From Eledone cirrhosa (taxonomy: Eukaryota): DNA of 64,000 bases. Made by a program: the position numbers and the translations under genes. This document shows, one piece after another, positions 26,704-40,015 of the stretch (positions are counted from its first letter, which is position 1; the number at the start of each line of letters is the position of its first letter). The notes beneath the pieces were generated by a model. The model had not been told where the DNA came from. It ran no database searches and worked only from the letters and a program-made list of their open reading frames with translations. Location: positions 8,990,001 to 9,054,000 of the forward strand of contig OZ024755.1 in assembly GCA_964016885.1 (NCBI GenBank), in the 5' to 3' direction.

Positions 26704-27427
26704 AATTAGAAATAGAATCTTTCGCCGTACTTTTTTACTAAAGAAATTTTTTTAGCCTAATAGTGGGGTTTAAAGATAAGTATTGACTTACATATATATA
26801 TATATCCTTGTTAACGAAATTAGGTAGACTGAAACTATTTGGAAGCCCGCCAGATGGACTATATCTATAAGTCAAAGGCCCCGCTTTGTCACACCGAATC
26901 TTTCAGAGAATTACATTAACGGTATGGTTAACTAATTTTACACTAATTTCATGTATAGGCTTTTAGATTGGTCGAAAGGCTGGAACACATATCATCAAAA
27001 CTGGTGAAGGACCATTCCAAATTCCACTCTTAAAGATCGTTTACTCTAGGTTTCTGTGGTGGTATATATGTATTAACAGGGATGGGTGTCAATTTAAAGT
27101 CACATTCAGTATTTCCTCTCTTTTGAACTTTAAATCCCTACTAAGATTTATTATTTTCAGAATTTTTTTATAAACATTGGTTTTTGTGTCAATTCATAAA
27201 ACTCGTTAGTTCCGTTAGAACTGTGATATTAATACATACACACACACACACACATACACACACATATATATATATATACACACACACATGTATATATGTG
27301 TGTGTGTGTGTGTATATATACAGTATGTATATATATAAATATATATATATATATACACATATTTATACACACATAAATACACACATACATATATTTTTCT
27401 TCCTAATAATCGTCTTTTTCTCCCTGT

Positions 27428-27501
<74 letters not shown>

Positions 27502-27786
27502 TTATATTTATACGTGTATATATCTGTGTGTGTAGTCGTCTCTTGCAAGTATTATTTCTTACACAAGTATTATTTCTTACAGACTTTACGGTCTGAGTTT
27601 AAATCCCGCCGAGGTTAACTTTCCTTTCATCCTTACGGGGTCGATAAATCTGAGTAATTGACGGCCTTGTTCCAAAAGTAGAAACAATTATTTCTTACAC
27701 AATAATTATATGGGCAAAGAAAAATAAGTTTATGTTGTAGATAGAGTATTATAGAATGAGCTTAGTTGGAACTGTTCTGAATACCT

Positions 27787-27834
<48 letters not shown>

Positions 27835-28047
27835 GCCAATCATTGTAAGTTTGAGTCTAAGTGATATGCAAAAACATATTTATATAGGAATAAGGTGAGC
27901 CCAAATCATTGTAGATTCAAATAAAAAAGAGAGAAAGAGAGAGAGGGGGAGAAATGAGGTGCAACAGAAATGAAACATGGATTACAGGTTAAAATATAAT
28001 TTAGATCGATGTGAAACAAAACGAGGATGTTGTTTATGGAACACCCA

Positions 28048-28520
28048 AATGATTTATAAGTCGACCTTAAGTAGGAGCAATAACATTAAGAAAGACATGA
28101 ACGACACCACAACACTTTGTTTTGAAAATTTTGAAAGTAGGTTTATAACTATGAATTTTCGCAAGATTTTCGTAGCTGTCTCTGTGGGCTAGTGGTAGGT
28201 ACTAGAGACGGTGGAAATCCTAGCCTTGGGTTCAATCTTGGTCGAGAGGTATATGTATCCTTTTTCAGTTTTTATTTTACAACTAATAGAAAAAAAACTG
28301 AAAGGGTTTACCGGGAATACTACTCCCGACCAGGATCGAACTTCAGACCAGTATCACCACCGGCTATGACTCCTGCAACTAAGCCACCGAGACAGGTACG
28401 AAAGCATAGTGAAAATTAATAATGATAAACCTACTTTCAAAATCAAAGTTAAAAAGATGTGGTGTCGTTGACTGCTTTTCTAGAGCTATTAGTAATATTT
28501 AGGGTCGACTTTTGGTCATT
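28048..28520. mobile_element. Foldback element with ~225-bp diverged arms, each containing a tRNA-like unit (28178-28248 +, 28323-28393 -)
   Basis: Arms share AAGTCGACC, AACGACACCACA, ATTTTGAAAGTAGGTTTAT and CTGTCTC in inverted orientation; A/B boxes and T-runs converge at the centre. Confidence 0.75.
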
Positions 28521-30411
28521 ATTGAAAGTCTGGATTTATAAATAATATTTTTTTTTGGAGAAGGTAAGATATTTTTCCGCAAAAATTTGATTGCACTGTT
28601 TTGTTTCCACTTATGTATTTTTCGAAAATGTTATTTATTAATTATAAAAATTAAATGATAGCATTCTATATGTAGGTGGGCCCCCTTCATCTCCTGGCAA
28701 CCAATATTTTCAGACCCAGTCCTCCACTGCTCTTGTGTGTCCATAATGACGCGTATGTCATAAACAAAATCTATACTTTTTTTAGTATGCAATACAAGAA
28801 ACCTTGTCCTAATATTAAAGGAAAAAAAGTGGTCGTTTTATATACGAGTACACACATCCAGAAATATTTACTGAGCTTAAAAATCTTTCGAATGGTGGAT
28901 TGCAAATACATGTTAATAAGACCTCTATACAAATGGTATTTGAAAAATCGGCAATATTTTTAAAGTCCGCCTCCACACAAAATGTTAAACATCCGTTTGT
29001 TTTACATTCCTTAACGTCATGAGAAACTGAATGTCGTAGTGAAATATATGAAATCAAAATGTATATTGCTGTACTCCATGGTGGTTTTATACACAAAAAT
29101 ATAATTTATTCTCGCTGTTTTTAACTTTACATGCTCATATTCACTCTGTCGTACACATGCACAACCTCATCATTTTTATACGTTTTTATTTAACTCATAT
29201 CTCTAAGGAAACATTTTATTTATTTGTTTATACTTTGTATAACTTGTATAGTATGTGAAGTCCATTTCGTGTGAAAGTTTCCGCCTGTTGTTACACACCG
29301 AATAAATGAGATATTTATTTTAGGTTTAAAGTTTAAGGCCTGCATTGTGTTATAAAAAAAAGTTATACATAAATATCAAAACTAACCGCCAATGTGTCAA
29401 TAGTTGTCGCTGGTGTCGCAACGTGAACGTAACATTGTCGAATAGTAAAAGAGTTTGCTTCGTAATCATTAGGTCTCAGGTTCGATACCACTATTTTCAT
29501 GGTACTCCCCGTTTAAGTTTTTAGAGGTTGGCAGGTCTGCTGAGGAATATTCAGCTACTTACACGTTAATTTCATAAGCAGGTTGTTCTGTTGTATGAGC
29601 AATTGAAACGCTCATCAACGAAACCGACGGAAATCCATTCCTTTCTATATATCGCTATAGAAATTACACAGAAATATTTTATTGTTCTCGTGTGTGTGTG
29701 TGTGAGTGTGTGTGTGTGTGTGTTTTGTGTGTACATTCGAAATATTTCCAATAATGAATCATTTTCTCTTCTTGATGAGGAGAAGAAAGGCTTATAGATT
29801 TAAACAACGAAATCTGAAGGTCAGTAAACTAGGATTAATGGTTTACATTGTTGATTTTTTTATGTTCACACGCCAAAAGAAAACAAATGTATTTCCTGTA
29901 TCGTTCAGAGCATTCCTCTGAAGAAACAAAAAAAAGCCAAGTAAACATACAAAAAACAAGAAACAAGAAAAAAAATAAAATAAAAGCTACAAAAACACAA
30001 ACAGTACAAACCAAAGAATAAAAGAATGATTTAGGTTACTTCCATGTTGGATATTCTTTAAAAAAAAACAGACATATCTAGTCTTTAATGGTGTCATTGC
30101 ACTTAGACAAAGTTCATCAAAGGTCGATAGATAAATAGTTTATATAAATAGATAATAGAAACTCAACTCTGAGAATCGATGATTAGAACTGTTATATGAC
30201 GAGGTATTATTAAAAGAATCCAATTCAATAAATAATTTTTAGAGCATATTCTATGGCCTTTCACGGATATTGGCCCTTGACTTCTGGTGGTCTCGTAGGG
30301 ACGTCTGTATGATGGATGGTGGGTCTTGGACGTTTAAACCTAGCAAGAGCCATCTCGCTCCATGTCTGAACACAGCAGATTTCTCCTAGAGAGATAGAGA
30401 GAATGAATGAG

Positions 30412-30457
<46 letters not shown>

Positions 30458-30857
30458 AGAGAGAAATAGTCGAAGGGGAAGAGGACGGTGGGAGACACAT
30501 AGAAAAAGATATAGTGGAAGAATCGACCCCATTATTAAACTGGTACTTTATCGAACTCGAATAGATGAAAAGTAAATGTGACCTCAGCAAGATTGGAACT
30601 CAGAGCCAACAGTATGTCAGACCTTCTAATCACTCTCCCACTTCACCACCTATGTGTGGCATGTAAAGGTGATAAATACAAAGAGAGTTAGTTCCATGAA
30701 TTTCCCGAACAAGAGCATCCATCAGTGGGTGAATAAACCCTCGTAACTTTAGGAAAGTGGTTCCTTTAACTGATTTCATGAGATGTAAGTGTAAGCACAA
30801 TGTATATTCATACGTATGTATGTGTACACACACACACAGATATATATATATATATAT

Positions 30858-31220
30858 ATATAAAGAAAAAGAGATGAAATCGAAAATGCAACTGAAGTCT
30901 TATTTTTTTTTTAAATATATATATATTTATTTGGTTCCTTTACCGGTTTCGCAGTTCTTCTGCTTTTCAAAAGGTGAGTTGAGATGGAGGGTCTGTGGTT
31001 TTTCTCAGATGTGAGAAAAACCACAGACCCTCCATCTCAACTCACCTTTTGAAAAGCAGAAGAACTTCGAAACCGGTAAAGGAACCAAATAAAAATATAT
31101 ATATTTTTTTTAAAAATAAGACTTCAGTTGCATTTCGATTTCATCTCTTTTTCTTTATATTTTCACTCGTGTAGGACACCTCGGTTATTTTTCATTTTGT
31201 AAAAAAAACCTCACTTTCTA
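30858..31220. mobile_element. ~300-bp near-perfect palindrome (30858-31160) plus unique tail, inserted in (TA)n
   Basis: Arms mirror around 31009/31010 (CTCA-GATG-TGAG) with only a few mismatches and indels. Confidence 0.92.
30937..30974 (-). ncRNA. Minimal hammerhead, U3-A8 variant (mirror copy 31045-31082 on +)
   Basis: CCTT-TTGAAAA-GCAG-aagaa-CTGC-GAAA-CCGG-TA-AAGG: stems I and II paired, palindromic ACCGGT, C3-G8 replaced by U3-A8. Confidence 0.75.
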
Positions 31221-31250
<30 letters not shown>

Positions 31251-31255
<5 letters not shown>

Positions 31256-31444
31256 AGTATGTATACGTACATGCATACATGTATACAGACGTACAGTAGT
31301 ATATATATATATATATATATATACACATACATGCACACATATATATATGTACGTATGGATTCACCGAGCATTTATTATAATGCTCGGTTTGCATTATAAT
31401 AAATGTTCGGTGAATCCATACGTACATATATATATGTGTGCATG

Positions 31445-31524
<80 letters not shown>

Positions 31525-31573
31525 CAACTGTACGTCTGTATACATGTATGTATGTACGTATACATACTTATAT
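31251..31573. repeat. Inverted duplication of low-complexity DNA (palindrome, loop 31384-31390)
   Basis: ATAAGTATGTATACGTAC..CAGACGTACAGT..GGATTCACCGAGCATTTATTATAATGC is mirrored on the right. Confidence 0.88.
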
Positions 31574-31626
31574 TTAAGTAACAGCCGTACTAAGAGTGAG
31601 AAATGAAATATCGTTTCATTTTTTCC

Positions 31627-31698
<72 letters not shown>

Positions 31699-31740
31699 GT
31701 AGTAGTAACTTTAATCTGTTCTTATGATATATATATATAT

Positions 31741-31983
31741 AACAAAGAAGATGTGGCAAGATACCAGGTGGACCATAACGCACCAGAGTACTCGATACTT
31801 AGGGTAGTAGAGTGGATAATAGGAAAAGAGGCTAGCTTAGTTCGGATCTAGCTATCGAAACGGTCGGCCCGAGCTCTGCTGCCGAGGTCTTGACTCTTTT
31901 CCTATTACCCACTCTACTATCCATAGTATCGAGTACTCTGGTGCCTTATGGTCCACCTGGTTCCTTACCACACTTCCTTCGTT
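31741..31983 (+). mobile_element. Family X fold-back element, 90-bp arms
   Basis: Imperfect IR 31741-31830/31894-31983; centre has GCTAG..CTAGC-TATC-GAAACGG..GAGCTC; (TA)n on both sides. Confidence 0.85.
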
Positions 31984-32026
31984 ATATATATATATATATA
32001 TATATAAGTATAACAATATATATATA

Positions 32027-32150
32027 TATTAAAATAACAGATTAAACTTTAATCTGTTATTTTAATAAATATTTGCTCTAAGGTTCTTATATATTTGATA
32101 TATATTTTTCCATATCGAGCCCTCTTTGGATTTTAGTCCTCAAATTTATT
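32027..32150 (+). mobile_element. Short hairpin-capped insertion in (TA)n
   Basis: 20-bp perfect IR 32027-32046/32048-32067, followed by AATAAATATTTGCTCTA..TATCGAGCCCTCT. Confidence 0.6.
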
Positions 32151-32605
32151 ATATATACTTATACACACGTATAGACAATGCATTTCCTATCTTAGTCATA
32201 TCGCTAGAGTAAGAAGTTCACTCCCCTGTCACAAGTAGTTAATTCTCCAACGTCACTCAAACATTCAATCCTGTATAATCATTTGTATATATTTGCTGAA
32301 CGTTTATGTAATTATATCCTAGAAATAAATAATTATATCATTCCTATCTTTAATTATGTCCATGTGTCAAATATCAACATAAACTATGGGGTTTCTCTTA
32401 TGCAAACCATGAATTAATCGAAAGGCAAATTATGCAGTGTTCATGACTGCTCAAATATTCATAAATCCTATTATTCTGGTATATAAGCCATAATACGTCT
32501 TTGACTCCCAAAATTAAATGCTATTCCTGTATATACTGACGACACGTTTTCACTGGTGTGTATATATATATATATATATTTATATACTCAAATATATATA
32601 TATAC

Positions 32606-32711
<106 letters not shown>

Positions 32712-32898
32712 AATACCGTTGGCTTCTTGCTACAATACTTTCTATACCTTTCATTTATATATATATATACATATATTTATATATATATATAAATTTATAT
32801 ATATATATATATATATATATATCCTTTTGTATGCCGTATTCATCGTCTCTCTTTCATTTCTTTATGTCTCCATCTCACCAACCACTGTCTCTCTCTCT

Positions 32899-32938
<40 letters not shown>

Positions 32939-32984
32939 CTTTCTCTCTCTTTCTCTCTATTTCTCTATCTATCTATCTATCTAT

Positions 32985-33037
<53 letters not shown>

Positions 33038-33317
33038 TCTCTCTCTCTCCTGTGTTTTCTGTTCGTCTGTACAACTGCTAAAGCTATCATTCACTCATCA
33101 ATTGTTCCTTGTCTGAACATAGCCATTTTATTTCATTTTACTCGCTGGCTCATGACTTTCCACACCTGAACGGTTAAACGGTTAAACGGTTAAACGGTTA
33201 AACGCATCACTCACTAAAGTTTTATATTTACACATGTTATAATATTCTTTCTTATTGTCTTATCTTTCTTTCTGGCGTTTCCCCATATTTTTCTCGTTGA
33301 AGGCTGCTTTTATTGCT

Positions 33318-33388
<71 letters not shown>

Positions 33389-33647
33389 GGTGGTGGTGGT
33401 GGTGGTGGTGGTGGTGGTAGTAGTATTGGTGTTGTTTTCCTTGCTGTTTTTCTTCTTCCTGGTTGCGTTTGTTATTGCTGTTATTGTTGTTATTGTTGCT
33501 GTTATTGTTGCTGTTATTGTTGTTTTTGTTGTTGCTGTTGATGATGTGTTGTTCTGATCATGGACCGCATTTCTTGTTTGATATCATCATCATCATTGTC
33601 GTCGTTGTCGTCGTCGTTGTCATCGTCATCATCATCATTATGCTTTG

Positions 33648-33805
33648 ACGCATAGAGTTACGGCCCTTTATGGTTCAAATGGTTTATGAGTTCAAATCCC
33701 GTCGAGGTTAACTTTGCCTTTCATCCTTACGGGGTCGATAAAATAAAGTACCAGTAATAAACTGGGATAATTGCTGGCCTTGTGCCAAAAAGTAGAAACT
33801 ATTAT
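33648..33805 (+). mobile_element. SINE family A, 5'-truncated
   Basis: GCATAGAGTTACGGCCC..GAGTTCAAATCCCG..GGCCTTGTGCCAAAAAGTAGAAAC. Confidence 0.8.
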
Positions 33806-33881
33806 TATCAGGTTTTCATATCTATCTACCTGTTTGTCAGTCTGTCTATCTATCCACTCACTCTTTCTGGCTCTCTCCTTT

Positions 33882-33919
<38 letters not shown>

Positions 33920-33931
33920 CATATATATATA

Positions 33932-33969
<38 letters not shown>

Positions 33970-33983
33970 GAGAGAGAGAGAGA

Positions 33984-34191
33984 TAACTGAGGAGGTGTGG
34001 TAAGGAACCAGATGGACCATAACGCACCAGAGTACTCAATACTTAGGGTAGTAGAGTGGGTAATATGAAAATGTTTAACCCCGACGGCAGAGTTCAAGCC
34101 GTTTCGACGGCTATTTCTGGATTATATTTCAGTACAGAAATAGTCGTCGAAACGGCTTGAGCTCTGCCGTCGGGGTTAAACATTTTCATAT
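33984..34191 (-). mobile_element. Family X fold-back element, 57-bp arms
   Basis: IR 34063-34119/34135-34191 with 2 mismatches; right arm reads GTCGTC-GAAAC-GGC-TTGAGCTCT-GCC-GTC-GGGG. Confidence 0.88.
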
Positions 34192-34204
34192 ATATATATG
34201 TATG

Positions 34205-34237
<33 letters not shown>

Positions 34238-34412
34238 TATATATATGTATATATAGTTGGTATTTTTGTTTTTATGACTTCCGGTTCTTTTAATTTTTGT
34301 TGCTGTTATACTTATATAGATCTTTTGTTGTTGTTGTTGCTCTTCTTTTTCTTCTTCTTCTTACCATTGTTGGTGATGCTGTCACATTTCGGATCATACC
34401 TCCACCAACGCC

Positions 34413-34458
<46 letters not shown>

Positions 34459-34573
34459 TACTTCTATTTTTAATATTTCCAACAACCATCCTTTCAAGAA
34501 CCATTAATCTATTTTCCATAACTCCTATTATTTCCATCACAATAAATATTTCCCAATATCTTGCTAATCTAAT

Positions 34574-34760
34574 AATTGTTTCTACTTTTGACACAAGGCC
34601 AGCAAATACACAGTAGATTACTGGTACTTATTTTATCGACCCCGTAAGGATGAATGGCAAAGTTAACCTCGGCGGGATTTGAACTCAGAATGGCAAGGGA
34701 CGTAACTCTATGCGTCAAAGCATGGCGTCCGACCCTCTACCGATACTGCCAATCCACCGC
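34574..34760 (-). mobile_element. SINE family A, full length
   Basis: Closely matches the reverse complement of 17330-17522. Confidence 0.9.
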
Positions 34761-35371
34761 ATAATAATGAAACTAAGATTTTCCCTTCCGCTTTCTACAC
34801 TACCTCTCCTCCTCCACTACCTCCTCATACACCCCATCCACCTCTTCTTCCTTCTCTTCCTTCTCTTCCTTCTCTTCCTTCTCTTCCTCTTCTATTCCTT
34901 CTCTTTCTTCTCTTCCCAGCCATCTCCGTCATCCTCCTCCACCTCCACTTCTTCTTTGAACTTAACCTCATCTTCCAAGTCTCCTTGTTCTTTTTTGTTG
35001 GGTGTTTCTGTTGGGGGTTTCTGTTGTTTTTTTCTTTTCTTTTCTTTTCTTTTCTTTTCTTTTCTTTTCTTTTCTTTTCTTTTCTTTTCTTTTCTTTTCT
35101 TTTCTTTTCTTTTCTTTTCTTTTCTTTTCTTTTCTTTTCTTTTCTTTTCTTTTCTTTCTGTTGTCTTCCATCGACACACCATCCTCTATTATGCTATTAT
35201 AGTCACATATATTTCAATATTCACATGGTCACGTGGTTACATGGTTACACGATCACATGGTCACACGGTCACATGGCCCTCTCGAACATTTACTTCCGGA
35301 ATTTACTTTCATCCCTCTTTTTCTTGCACCAAATTTAACGTTATTTTCTTGGCTATTTTCCTTTTGTGTTA

Positions 35372-35480
35372 TTCCCGATGAAGGGACATTGTCGGATACG
35401 TTGACTACGTAACTCTTTCTCCAAGCGTGAAACTAATACACTTTGTTATTGTATCGTCTTGTTCGTTATTTTCGTATTTC
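35372..35480 (+). mobile_element. Family Y degenerate hammerhead element
   Basis: CCGATGA-AGGGACATTGTCG-GATACGTT...AAGCGTGAAACTAATA. Confidence 0.6.
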
Positions 35481-35540
35481 CTTTCCGAGAGAGAGAGAGC
35501 GGGATAAATATATATATATATATGTGTATACATACATATA

Positions 35541-35607
<67 letters not shown>

Positions 35608-35614
35608 ATATATG

Positions 35615-35708
<94 letters not shown>

Positions 35709-35782
35709 CAAATACATACATACATACATATATATATATATACATATATATATATACATATATATACATATATATATATACA

Positions 35783-35828
<46 letters not shown>

Positions 35829-35958
35829 CATACATATATATATAGAGAGAGAGAGAGAGAGGAATAGAGAGAGAGAAAGATAGAGACAGACAGAGCTGCG
35901 TGTATGTGTGGATATTTGGATATGTGTGTATAGTGTATATGTGTGTTTGTGTTTATAT

Positions 35959-36037
<79 letters not shown>

Positions 36038-36243
36038 AAGTGTGTAATCTGTTTCACCGACAAAAACACATAATCCTGAATTAAACAGAGAAAACGACTC
36101 ATGTGTCAATGCTTATGTCAACAGAGTGTCTCATAGTAAAACATTTTGACAGAGACTGAATAGATTTGTGTGCATATAAATATATTCATACATACATACA
36201 TGAATACATATATACATATATACATATTTATATATATATATAA

Positions 36244-36335
<92 letters not shown>

Positions 36336-36342
36336 TATATAT

Positions 36343-36389
<47 letters not shown>

Positions 36390-36857
36390 TATAAATATAT
36401 ATATATATACACATACATACATTCATATACACACACACTCTCACACACACCCATATATACACACATATACACACACATATATATATATATACTGTATATA
36501 TACATATATACATATATAAATATATATATATACATATATTCACACACACACACATACACACACATATTTATATATATATATACATATATATATACTTATG
36601 TATGTATATAAACATATCACTTACTAGAGAGCTCCTGTCGTTGTTATCATGCATTTGATTCTGACATTTCTGTTGTTGCTGTTGTTGCAGTTTTCATAAA
36701 GGTGATAATGCTAACGTTGTTATTATCATTAACCCTTGTTGTAGTGTAAAACATTGTGTGGTTGTCTTGATATTTATGAGAAATCTATATGTGGGTTTAT
36801 ACATGTTTATACATACATTCATAACCCTACTCACAAACACACATACACTCACACGTG

Positions 36858-36902
<45 letters not shown>

Positions 36903-36939
36903 CCTCACACATATGTGTGTGTGTGTATATACATATATA

Positions 36940-37537
36940 CACGGGTCACTCTTGAGTGCTACTAGTAACATGTAACCCAGTACAACCTGTCGCATGGCCG
37001 GGTTGTCGGCGACTAAACCGGCAACCCCACCAAGTTTACTTGGTGAGGAGGAGGATTTTGGACACCCTGCAGGACAACAAACAAAACCTGACAAAGGGCG
37101 GAAGAACTCATAAGAGTCAACGACCATCCAAAAGTGTGTAAATATGTATATACACATGTACATATGTATGTATATGTATATGTGTATATACATGGGTGCA
37201 TGTGTATGTATATACGCGGGGACATAGAAATAGTCGGGCTGGACACCCGATCGCACTGGGAGTGAAGGACCCCTAGCCTTTGTCAGGGCATTCTTCTAGG
37301 AGAAGGCAACTCAAGAAACTGGGATAACTCCGATATAAAATCAGCGGCTCAGTAGTTACCGATGATGTTGATCTTTTCTTCTTTTCGGGTTATAGCTACT
37401 GTCGCTCAGAGAGTGGGATTGGCTCAGTGCACAGTCTTTCCTCACTTTAAAAAATATCTTGACGCACAGGCATTGCATGATAATTAATAATTATTAATAA
37501 TGGTATATCGTGCAATGGCCATACTCGATAACGAGCC
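36940..37537 (+). mobile_element. GC-richer repeat resembling an RTE-type LINE 5' UTR, split by a microsatellite
   Basis: Hairpin GGGTTGTCGG/CCGGCAACCC and CTAGGAGAAGGCAACTC motif recall RTE 5' UTRs; no ORF. Confidence 0.4.
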
Positions 37538-37570
37538 ATCATATATATACATAGAATATTATCTCTCTCT

Positions 37571-37669
<99 letters not shown>

Positions 37670-38246
37670 CAGATAGAGAGAGAGAGAAATATAGAGATAT
37701 AGATAAATATATATTAATAAATGTATATATAGACATACGTATATCTGTATATATGCTTGCGTGTGTGGTGAGTGCATATATGCATATATATATATATATA
37801 TATTTATATATGTATATATTTATGTATGCATATATGTATGTACATATATATCAATATGTATGCATGCATGCTTGTATATATGTATGTATGCATGTTTATA
37901 TGTATGTACGTTCTTGTGGATTTACACGGGTGTATGTCTGATATGTAAATATGAAAGAATATACTTACGTGTAATTGGATTGTACTAACAGTTACGTTGG
38001 AGACTGTCCGTTATCTTACATGTCACATCTCAGATAGCAGAAGCATTTAGGGCATGGTTTTGCAATTATTCTCACTCCACCATTTTTATTTGGTAATGCT
38101 GGAAATACCTAAAAAAAAAAAAAAAAAAAAGACTTTGGGGCTTAGGGATCTAGTTTTTATTCTGTGTTTAATATCTTACAAAATCATGGTCCCTCCAGCG
38201 GCAACATGGTGCAATCGTTGACTAACCTAGACATCGCTGCATGCCA

Positions 38247-38499
38247 GGCCGAAGAGGGCAAAATATAGATAGGTTTGTGGTCGAACCTCTAGCTGTGGAT
38301 ACTTTCGGTGTTCTTGGTTCCAAGACGACATCCGTACTCACTGCTATTAGGACGGAGTTGGCTACCTGCAGAAGGCCGGAAAGGGCAAAGTACAGATAGA
38401 TCTGTGATCGAATCTTTAGCTGTGGACACTTTCAGTGTTCTTGGTTTCAAGATAACATTCCTACTCACTACTAGGACAGAGTTGGCTATCGACAGAAGG
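38247..38499. repeat. 127-bp diverged tandem duplication
   Basis: GGCCG..AGGGCAAA..TAGCTGTGGA.ACTTTC.GTGTTCTTGGTT..GAGTTGGCTA at 38247 and 38374. Confidence 0.8.
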
Positions 38500-39485
38500 G
38501 AGTTCCGCTTTAGTAATCAATTTACTAGCAATACATAAGTTTTATGTATTCCTATTAACATGGATATCAAGTAGTTTAGTATATAATATAAAATAATTAT
38601 TACCAAACTTTTTGTCACCATTTGAAGACAACATTTTGATGTGAATCATATTACGTGACATGAAACTAGTAGAGTGCATTAACAAATTATATCAACCATC
38701 ATCTTGTAACGTTATACACTACGATATCTTTCAATGTCATTTCATATTAATTAGAATTTATGTGTTCTATACACAAATATCACCTAATTCTAAAGTATTA
38801 TATCAACCCTATATGCTTGGTTTTCTTAACGAACAAGACATTCAATTCCTTCTCAGTTTATAACCCTGTAGATCAAACACTACGCGTGTGTTATTTTAGT
38901 TATGTATGCCGTAGAATCTCGTACAGGCCCTTCTCATTCTGTGTCAGTCTTGTAACCGCTACATAACAGCCATCAAGTAAGTAACTGGCTCTATCGCGGG
39001 ACCTCAGCTTAAAGGGCCCCACCCACTTAAAAACAATCGGGACCCCCTGTATGTTATTTGAGCTGTGTAATTTCTGGTGTACGATATGTTTGTGTAAATG
39101 ACTTGGCTCACCGCAAGCTTGTTTGTATATTCGCTTTCATGCAGAAATCGCCACCGCCGCCCGCCTCTCACTCTTGGCATGTTTACAAATTAACGAAAAA
39201 ACAAAACACACACCACACAGAAAAAAGAAATATAATAGATTTAAGTTCGTCCCCTTCACCAACCGCTTCTGATGACGACAATTGCAAGAACAAAAACAAC
39301 AGTTACAATTAAAAAAAGAGGATGTTGATGATGTTGATGATGATGATGATGATGGTGATGATGGTGATGATGATGATGGTGGTGATGATGATGATGAGGA
39401 TGATGGTGATGGTGATGATGGTGATGGCGATGATGATGATGATGATGATGATGATGGGGGTGGTGATGGTGATGATGGTGATGGC

Positions 39486-39534
<49 letters not shown>

Positions 39535-39652
39535 GTGGTGGTGATGGTGTTGATGATGATGATGATGATGAGATGATGAAATTACAGAGAACAAGAGAGG
39601 GAAAGAGAGAAAAAAAGAGAGAAGCAATAAAACATACAACCATTACAATAAC

Positions 39653-39714
<62 letters not shown>

Positions 39715-39942
39715 TGCGTATGTGTATATATATATACATATATATGATATATATGTATATTTATGCATGCATGCATATAATATATGTGAGTTTGTATACA
39801 TACATACATATACGTTTATAAATATATACTATATGTACATATATATGTTTATATATATGTATGCATAAATACATACATATATGTATACGTATATATATAT
39901 AAACATACATATATATTTACATATATATATATATATATATTC

Positions 39943-40015
<73 letters not shown>

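Noticed and set aside
28178-28248. Functional tRNA gene
   Set aside because: Acceptor and anticodon stems pair poorly; reported as tRNA-like only
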